64,000 bases of DNA, from NCBI GenBank assembly GCA_951406725.2, contig OX597833.1, forward strand, positions 43,524,001 to 43,588,000. The letters are read 5' to 3'. Made by a program: the position numbers and the translations under genes. Source of the DNA: Octopus vulgaris. Its lineage: Eukaryota. This document shows, piece by piece, positions 55,600 through 64,000 of this stretch. Within the stretch, counting starts at the first letter, position 1, and each line of letters begins with the position of its first letter. The notes beneath the pieces are model-generated. The model was given only the letters and a program-made list of their open reading frames with translations, made no database searches and was not told where the DNA came from.

Positions 55600-56410
55600 G
55601 GAAAATGTATGACAATAAAAGATATGAAGGTGAAAATTGGAAAGACAAAGGTGATGGCAAGCGTTAAAGCATGCGGTAAGGAGGAAAGAACAGGAAAGTA
55701 GGCATGTACAGTTCTAAGGAAGATTTTGGAATTAATTCCATTAAGTGTACAGTACTGGGTGAGTTTATTAAAAATTACTTGAAGTGAGAGTTGTTAATGT
55801 GACACTAACAGTTATAAGTAAGATGGATATAGAAGAAGCTATCAATGGAGGTAATTTTGAAGTTGGATCTTGGGAATGGTGTGAAAATATTTTGTTACCT
55901 GGGAAATATATTGAGTGGAGATGGGGGAATCAGACTCAAAGATGGTAGTAGCTAGAGTGAGATGCAGATGGAAAAAAGTTTCAGGAAATAGTGTGGCGTG
56001 CTAACAAGAGAAGTGTCACTGAAATCGAAGGTGCACACTGTATGTATGAGAATTGCTGTGGTTTATGGAAGTGAGATATGGGTAATGTATATGTGCAGTG
56101 GGAGCTGGAAAAAACTCAGAATGGAGAATGGCTTGGTGGATGAGAAGATTATTACACAGGAAGAGAGAAGAGGAGGAAGAAGGAGGGAAGAAGAGAAATG
56201 ATGAATTGAAGAGAAGGGTAAGAATAGAGCCAATGATGGCTGTTGTTAAGAGAAATGGAATGATATGGTTGGATCATATGCTGAAGGAAAAGAAAAGTGG
56301 TTAGGTGATAGGTATAATGGAAATGAATGTGGAAGGGAACAAAGGACTAGGAGAGACCGAGAAAGACATCACTAAAAATGATTGAAGAAGAGATGGAAAT
56401 GAAGACAATT
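55600..56410 (+). mobile_element. Degenerate RTE-like LINE RT C-terminal fragment
   Basis: Remnants VKIGKTKVM, YFCYLGNILSGDG, ARVRCRWKK, AVVYGSEIW, WLDHML; many stops and frameshifts. Confidence 0.65.
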
Positions 56411-57893
56411 ACACACATATGTATTGATATATATATATATATATATATATACTTACACTCACACGTTGAAATATATATATATATATATACATGTATATAT
56501 ATACATACATACATGCATGCACACACATATCTTACAGAAAATGATGTGTGTTGTATATTTGTACTTTTTCTCTAATATATGTTTTTCATATTTGACCTCG
56601 TTTAGGTAACACTTCAATAATCAAACTTGCCAAATGAAACTGAAACAGACACCTCCTCTGATTTTGGCTGCTTTGACTAATATCTCCGTTGCTTCTATAT
56701 TTTTTCCCGTTTTTTTTTCTCTTCTTTTTTGTTTCAGTGCAATCATGCACTTAGCAGCAGTTTTGAACTGGCTCTGCTGCAATGTTAAAATTGATTCTTG
56801 TTGCACTCCTTAAAAATCAATTGATCTTCTTATTTCTAAAGTAAGTTAAGTTAGAAAACGAAGCAAATGCATTTGTTTATGTCTGTTTGTTTGTTGCAGT
56901 AGAAACAGTATAGCATCAAACAATATATCCTTTAATGGTTTAAGTTAATATGATTTCAGAAAGAGCTTGCATGTGGTTGTTTGATGTGCTAGAAATGGCA
57001 ACCAAATCTCACTAGATATCGCTCTCAACATCTTAAAAGAACACAAGTCAGCACAATCAGGGCCCACCAGGGAAAGATTGAACAACAAACATTATTACCG
57101 CATTATAACTGGGGAGGTACTGGCAGTGTAAGCAATAGTAGTATAATTCGATTAAATTTCTTTACAATATTTTGCTATGTCACTATATTTTTGGAATTAA
57201 GTTTTCCAGGATCAACTTTGCTTTTCATCCCTGCTGGGTCAGAAACAGAGATAGATATGTCATGTACTGGGTTAATTAAATGATTTCTACCTCAACCACT
57301 GTAAATTTAAAACTTATGTTAACCCTTTCGTTACTGTATTTATTTTGAGATGCTCCGTGTTTCTTCTAATTATTTTAAATATAACAAAGAATTTAGTAAA
57401 ATAACATCGTTATCATTGAGCTAGTGTTAGGAACATAAATTGTGACTAAGATTTGGTGAAAGATTTGAATTCAAAATTTATGAAAACAAGACATTTATAC
57501 TAAAGAGCCAGAGCCGGTTTCAGCCAGGTTGGTAACAAAAGGGTTAATCTGAGAAATCCTAGAACTGACATTATGTCAATTTCATTTAAAGATATTATCA
57601 TTATGACTGTTAAGGTGGTGAGCTGGCAGAACCCTAGTGCATCAGGCAACATGCTTAGCAGCTTCCTTCTGGTTCTTTATGTTCTGAGTTCAAATTTCTG
57701 TAGAGGTCAACTTTGTCTTTCGTCCTTTCAGGGTCAATGAAATAAGTACCAGTTGAAAGCATTGGGGTCAATGCAATCAACTAACCCCTACCCAAATTGC
57801 CAGCCTTGCACCAAAATTTGGCACCATTTTCATTATTAGTCATTGGAATCATAGAATTAGTAGACCAGACAAAATGATGCTCTGTGGTAGTTA

Positions 57894-58282
57894 CTTTTTT
57901 ACTCTTTTACTTGTCTCAGTCATTTGACCGTGGCCATGCTGGAGCACTGCCTTTAGTCAAGCAAATCGACCCCAGGACTTATTCTATCGGTCTCTTTTGA
58001 TGAACCACTAAGTTACGGGGACCTAAACACACCAGCATCGGTTGTCAAGCGATGTTGGGGTGACAAACACAGACACACAAACATATACACACACATACAT
58101 ATATATATATACATATATACAGCGGGCTTCTTTCAGTTTCCGTCTACCAAATCCACTCACAAGGCTTTGGTCGGCCCGAGGCTATAGTAGAAGACACTTG
58201 CCCAAGGTGCAACGCAGTGGGACTGAACCCGGAACTATGTGGTTGGTGAGCAAGCTACTTATCATACAGCCACTCCTATGCC
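57894..58282 (-). mobile_element. Family-A SINE
   Basis: Similarity to the 24076 copy. Confidence 0.8.
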
Positions 58283-59440
58283 TTTTACATTATGAATTTA
58301 AATTTCAATGAATACAAGAAATTGACATTCTACAAATGTTAACATATTTGACTATAATCCTCCCAGTAGTCTTGATGCCTTAAATCCATGTTAAAAGGAT
58401 AGCAGAGGATATAAGACATTATAGCCTGAAAACAATTTTGGACACCGATGAGAAAGAACAATTTGAGTAGCCTCTTCTGAATACATTTCAGGTCAGGTAT
58501 TACTTTAGATAATTTCTAAAAGTCTTTGTCTTTTAATCTGTATTACAAGGATGCTTTACCGAGATAGGATAAACTCTATGGGCATGGCTAGGTTGTAATG
58601 ACCAACAATAAAATCTACCAGATGCACAGAGTGACGGTGATAAAACTGTCCAGCATGCACCTGCTCAGTGTCTGTGAATAGCTGATTATGGCTTGATGTC
58701 AAACTGTTATCACATAATGTGGGACAAATCTGGTAGCTCGAGTGGAGGAAGTTGTATGGTAGACACAGTTGGCAAATTTGAGGACAGAGCCCTTGGTACT
58801 CAGGTTGAGTTAACTTTTTCAAGTGGTGTTTGAAAAGGAAGGTGAAGGTAGTAATAAGGTGCTAATTTCTAATAAATTTCATGAAATGTAGGTGAGAATG
58901 GTGAAACTGGCTAGGCTAATTGGGCCCTAAATATTCCAATAATAATAATAATAATGGCTTCAAATTTTTATTATAGGTGCAATGCTTGAAATTTTGGAGG
59001 AAGGAGCAATTGATTGCATTGACTCCAATGATCAACTTGTACATATTTCATTGACCCCTGAAAAGATGAAAGACAAAGTCATCTTCAACAGCATTTGAAC
59101 TCAGAACATAAAGTTATAATAACAAAATCAATTTATATTACTATAAGGAGAATGATAGAAATGGTAAAGTGCCATACTAAATGCTTTGTGGCATATGTTT
59201 ATATCTCTGTACATTCAGAGCTAAAATCTCGCTGAGGGTCAACTGCCTTTCATTTAACTTCTCTGAAGTACCAGCAATGTATCTGTGTTTGATTCAATCA
59301 ACAATCCACCCTGTTTCTATACAATTCAGTTCTTTGCCTTTCACCCTTCCAAAGAACCTATCAACAACTGTGATCCACACAGCTGACTATACACTTGTTC
59401 ACATTTTCTGGCCTTGTATTAATGTAACAAAATGATCTAT

Positions 59441-59800
59441 TAGGTGTGCCTGTGTGGTAAGAAGCTTGCTTCCCAAACACATGGTTCTGGGTTCAGTCCC
59501 ACTGCTTAGCATCTTGGGCAAGTGTTTTCTGCTAAAGCCGCAGGTCAACCAAAGCCTTGTGAGTGGATTTGGTAGATGGAAACTGAAAGAAGCCCATCAT
59601 ACATATGTGTGTGTGTGTGTGTCTTTGTCCCCAACCACGGCTTGACAACCAGTGTTGGTGTGTCTATGTCCCTTGTAATTTAGCATTTCAGCAAAAGAGA
59701 TTGATAGAATAAGTACGAGGCTTAAAAAAATAAACAAAGTACTGGGTTTGGTTCGGTGCCTCAGCATGGCTGCAGTCAGATGACTGAAACAAGCCAAAGA
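59441..59800 (+). mobile_element. Family-A SINE
   Basis: Similarity to the 24076 copy. Confidence 0.75.
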
Positions 59801-60514
59801 TAATTGTTATTACAATTTAGTTAGGTATATTTGGCACCAACAATATATGGCTCTTAACTTCTGTAAATCAAATCGCAGACCCTGTATGTGTTAAGATTTA
59901 CCTTTCTTATGAAGAAGAAAAAAGATTATCATTATCATCATATAAAATCTGTTTTCCATGATGGTATGATTTTTATGGCTGGATGCCCTTCCTAACATCA
60001 ACCACTTTACAGAGAGTACTGGGTGCTTTTATGCAGTACTGGCATAGGTGCTTTTTACATGGCACCAGCACCTATGAGCTCACAAAATTAGGAAAGCCCA
60101 ACTGAAGAGGGATGCAGGGACCATGCCTGTATGCTAGGGCAACCATGCCTTTGCTTAGCTTGGCAGGTCTCCTCAAACACAACAAACCACCAGGAGCCTC
60201 AGTCCCTTGTCATACCCGCCTGTGAGGCCCAACATAATGGTAAAACACTGGATACACACCCAGGGTTGATTTTTTATGGATTTCACAACTGTCCTTAATA
60301 GAAAAACAACTGTTAGAAAGAAAAAAAAAAACTATAACACTCCTAAAAACATAAAACTGAAATAAATGCAATAAATAGGTGTAATCATCATCATCATCAT
60401 TGTAACTAATAATACATATTATCATCATCAAAAATGTCAAAAGTTCATTTGTTCCATCTCAACCATCACCACCACCACCAAAATCTTATATTATCTGATT
60501 ATTGCACATGGTAC

Positions 60515-60559
60515 CTTAACTCTATTTCGTGAGTGATAGGACTGCTGCAAGGTTGTTGT
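60515..60559 (-). CDS. Candidate 45-nt symmetric cassette exon (TTTLQQSYHSRNRVK)
   Basis: Minus strand cttttctatttgcctgcctcacttttacgtccatgcatacacattcagacacacag|ACAACAACC...AGAGTTAAG|gtaccat. Open frame, phase 0-0. An alternative AG lies 8 nt upstream (exon start 60567). Two TGCATG motifs sit within about 90 nt upstream. Confidence 0.55.
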
Positions 60560-61209
60560 CTGTGTGTCTGAATGTGTATGCATGGACGTAAAAGTGAGGC
60601 AGGCAAATAGAAAAGCAGGCATGCAACAAAGCTGAACAATGCATGCAATAATCATTTTTTTTTTTTTTTATATATGCACAAATACATACAATCCACATTA
60701 CTGTTTTTTAATGTCCATTTTCCCATGCTGGTGTCATCCGCTGATAGAGTTCTCTCTCACACATATGTATTTAGATTAGTAGTTCTATATTGCTAATACA
60801 AACAGAAGTGTGTATGCAATACTAAGTAGAGTGACGTGTGCAAGTACAAGTGCATGAGCGTGTGTACGAACACAGAGAAAATACATGTACACATGCATTT
60901 TGAGAGCAATATTAGATCCCTGATTTGAAAAAATACACAAATATGTTTTGTACCATTTTGTATATACTTACATATATATATTCACAAAGAGACATACACA
61001 CATGCATATATACAAAATATGTATATTTATGGAGAGAGAGAGAGAGTTGAGGGAGGGAGAACTAATTTGCTTTAAATAAATATACATAAATATGCTTAAT
61101 AAACACACATGTGACCTTGCCACAAAAAGATTCTATGATTAAATTGTAGAGCAGACCAAGCAACTCAACTAGTTTTGCCTGTCTTTACAAGCTTGTCAGG
61201 AATACTTAC

Positions 61210-61219
61210 TTCATCCAAT
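61210..61219 (-). CDS. Candidate 10-nt microexon (phase 2 to 0; x-L-D-E) of the minus-strand receptor-like gene
   Basis: Minus strand reads ccctccctcactctcttttgccag|ATTGGATGAA|gtaagtatt: strong polypyrimidine acceptor and consensus GTAAGT donor. The frame A TTG GAT GAA ends in phase 0, matching all downstream exons. Confidence 0.6.
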
Positions 61220-61488
61220 CTGGCAAAAGAGAGTGAGGGAGGGTGAATAAGAGTAGTTTACAGTCATACTGAAAAATGTGATGAAGAACCATTGGCAATC
61301 CATATTAATCAGCTAAAATACTGAGCCTTTAACTCTTTACAGGATGCTGACAAGCCATCCCAGGACTTTAGATAATTAACATGCACCACCAAAGAATGTA
61401 TGCAAATGAACAAAAGTATTTTTTATTTTTCATAAATAATTGGAAACATCTCTTTTTCCTTCTCACTCTCTCTGTTTCTTCCTCTAAT

Positions 61489-61880
61489 TCTATATATATA
61501 TAAAGCTGAAGTTGTCTGTGTATGGCAGGTTTGGTAGCCTTCAACTAACACTATCTCCTCCGAGACCCTGCGGCGCAACTTGACCAAAATTGAGAGTATG
61601 ATAGAAGAAGGCTTGCTCTTCGTTCCGTAGAAGATAAAATTCAAATCGGACCATGTTAAGACCAAAAATTATTTACATCAAAAAGGTGCTTTTTTTCTAT
61701 GAAAATCCCTATTTATTACGATTTTTTTACTGCTGTGTCGCCATTTTTCAGTGTATTTCAACCAGAAAAATGTTCACTTAAAGAGAATAACAAGCTACAT
61801 AATGCAAACTTTTTACTTTTCAAAAATTCCAATTCTAAAGGGTCAAAACAAACCCAAGCAATGCGGGGCGATACTGCTAG
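61489..61880 (+). mobile_element. Non-autonomous Helitron
   Basis: Starts TCTATATATATAT...AAAG, has a subterminal GC-rich imperfect hairpin cccaagcaatgcggggc, ends CTAG followed by T; no TSD. Confidence 0.7.
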
Positions 61881-62441
61881 TATTGATAAAAGCAAAGTCT
61901 CCTGATGAGTTTGTGAAGACAGCTGAAAGGGTCATGTAGTTTAATCCCAAAGCAAAATGTATGCTTATTAAGCCTACACATCAAAATTTATAGACAATTG
62001 ATCAATAAAGAGGTTGTTTTAGTCCTTTACACATGCACGCATGCATACACAGATACATACATATATATAAATATATATGTATATAAAGGCCAAAGATATA
62101 TAATTTCTGCATACTTATTTCAGAAAATCATGAAATGAGTTTAAGAAAAGCAAAAATGAATTCAATTTAGATTGGTATAAAGTAAATTTAATAGAAGGAA
62201 AATTAATATACTTAGCCACTGACATCATACTGATAACTGAAAACAGACAGAACTTGACTTAATTTTGGAAAACCATTATTAAGTCCAGTGAAAATGCTGA
62301 ACTTTTCTTCAATATCAGTAAATCAAAAGTATTGACAATATTACCATATAGAATATAGCTGCAGAGATACATGGTTACCCAGGTGTCAGTTTTCAACTAC
62401 CTAATATTTCACTACAGTTATTCAGGACATAAGAGATGAGT

Positions 62442-62668
62442 TTAACCCTTTAGTATTTAAACCGGCCATATCCGGCCAAAATAGCTAATCTGTTTTTATG
62501 TTCAAACTGACCAGATCCAGGCCCTCACACTTACCCTACAATGTTATTCTACATTAAGTAATTACACCATCAAGATCTTGAAGATATGAGATAATGCATG
62601 ATTAATTCAAATCAATGGGAATCAATAGGCATTATGTTTGATAGAATAATCTGAACAATAAAGGGTTA
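62442..62668. mobile_element. piggyBac-like MITE family 2; further copies about 20165-20330, 37346-37573, 44164-44240 and 45210-45432
   Basis: ttaa|ccctttagtatttaaaccggccata ... aataaaggg|ttaa. Confidence 0.7.
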
Positions 62669-63398
62669 AGGCCAAATAATCCAAAGGGCATTCCTATATG
62701 CCAAAAACCTAGTTCTCATAGCTGAATCTAACAAAAATTTTGAGAAGAAATCCCAAATCTAGAAACAAAACCCAATATGAAAAAAAAAAATGTTTTAGTT
62801 TGCGGCAAATTTGATGGAACGCTACTGCCATCATGGAAGTAGCCAAGAATCATAAGCAGAGAAAGAAGTAGATTAGACCTCTTTACTTAGTATTCAATGT
62901 AAACCATCGATGTAGTAGCGTCACTTACAAGCTGACAAAGAAGTTTACTTTGGCTGTAGCAGATTCTATATATTAAGTAAAAAGTCTTGCTGTCATCATT
63001 GTCTCAGCTCACTATGTTAATTGGGTTTTGGTGTACCCAAGTCAGTTGGTGACTCTTTGACCCTGCATAAATTACTATTCTGTAATATAATTTGTAACTA
63101 CCCCTGTAGGTACATATACATGTATATGGTTGGTACATTTGTAGACACCTCAATTGTAATGTATAAATATAAAATACTATCCATTTCTTCACAGGGAATA
63201 GTTTTGATCTATGGATGTCTGAGTTATGGAACCAACATGCTTCCATTGTACCAATCCACTCAACAAGTGATTGAGAATATATATATATATATATTGATAA
63301 AAATGGTAAGACAACAAAAAAATGAAAGAGACCTCGATATTATGTAAATAGAGGAATTTATCTGTAAATGTAATATGTGACAATTATTCGGTAGCCAT

Positions 63399-63459
63399 GA
63401 TAAAACTCCAAGTTTCGGATGCTGAGGTGGAACTCCACGCCGCCATCTCTTCAGTTATC
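63399..63459 (-). ncRNA. Minimal type I hammerhead ribozyme motif in a Penelope-like fragment
   Basis: Minus strand: gataa-CTGAAGA-gatggcggcgtggagttccacctcagcatcc-GAAA-cttggag-TT-ttatc. Stem I gataa/ttatc; stem II gatg/catc (one extra C) with internal gtgga/tccac hairpin; tiny near-palindromic stem III. Confidence 0.6.
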
Positions 63460-63501
63460 TGGCCATCAGAAAAATGCTAGCTATATATATATACATATAC
63501 A

Positions 63502-63533
<32 letters not shown>

Positions 63534-63561
63534 CATATATATATATATATTCTAGCAAAAA

Positions 63562-63599
63562 CTGTCTGATGAACGGCAACGAGAAACTCAGAGTAACAG
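63562..63599 (+). ncRNA. Minimal type I hammerhead ribozyme motif (stem II base mismatched) in a Penelope-like fragment
   Basis: ctgt-CTGATGA-acggcaacga-GAAA-ctcagag-TA-acag. Stem I ctgt/acag, stem III ctc-a-gag, GUA cleavage triplet. Confidence 0.6.
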
Positions 63600-63631
63600 A
63601 TTTTGTTGAATTTTCTGCTGCTTAAAATAAA

Positions 63632-63632
63632 G

Positions 63633-63675
<43 letters not shown>

Positions 63676-63713
63676 ACATATACATATATATACATATACA
63701 TATATATATATAC

Positions 63714-63810
<97 letters not shown>

Positions 63811-63849
63811 TATATACATATACATATATATATATACATATATATATAC

Positions 63850-63896
<47 letters not shown>

Positions 63897-64000
63897 TATA
63901 TACATATACATATACATATATATACATATACATATATACATATACATATATATATATACATATATACATATACATATATACATATACATATATACATATA
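63632..64000. repeat. (TA)n/CATATA microsatellite running off the window end
   Basis: Direct reading. Confidence 0.95.

Noticed and set aside
58560-58850. Possible Tx1/L1 C-terminal Cys/His remnant (KTVQHAPAQC); RTE zinc-finger scraps near 44020-44160 and 55310-55400
   Set aside because: Too short and degenerate to delimit or classify confidently.
62915-62960. Minus-strand GTAAGT donor with possible 3-nt or 25-nt exon; a similar case near 15880
   Set aside because: Weak acceptors; such motifs are expected by chance in AT-rich DNA.

Overview
AT-rich, repeat-dense eukaryotic (animal) genomic DNA. The SINE families, RTE/Penelope relics and very long (TA)n/(CA)n tracts look like an Octopus-type cephalopod genome (inference from recalled repeat families, not a database hit). 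Nearly all long ORFs in the track are microsatellite or SINE artefacts. Most of the window appears to be introns and 3' end of one minus-strand gene whose 5' exons lie beyond position 64000. By eye I find phase-compatible exons that would encode a cytoplasmic tail: a 10-nt microexon (61210-61219), a 45-nt cassette exon (60515-60559), and three phase-0 alternative last exons. These are 51785-52126 (YEN, poly-Pro, ITIM LHYAEL, ITSM-like TPYAEV), 15367-15417 (ends SSVV) and 5833-5988 (ends GSAV); the last two end in class I PDZ ligands. The rest is tRNA-derived SINEs, RTE/CR1-like LINE remnants, Penelope-like fragments (two carrying minimal hammerhead ribozyme motifs), MITEs (piggyBac-, Merlin- and hAT-like), Helitrons and many fold-back hairpins. 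Repeat boundaries are approximate unless a target-site duplication (TSD) is given.
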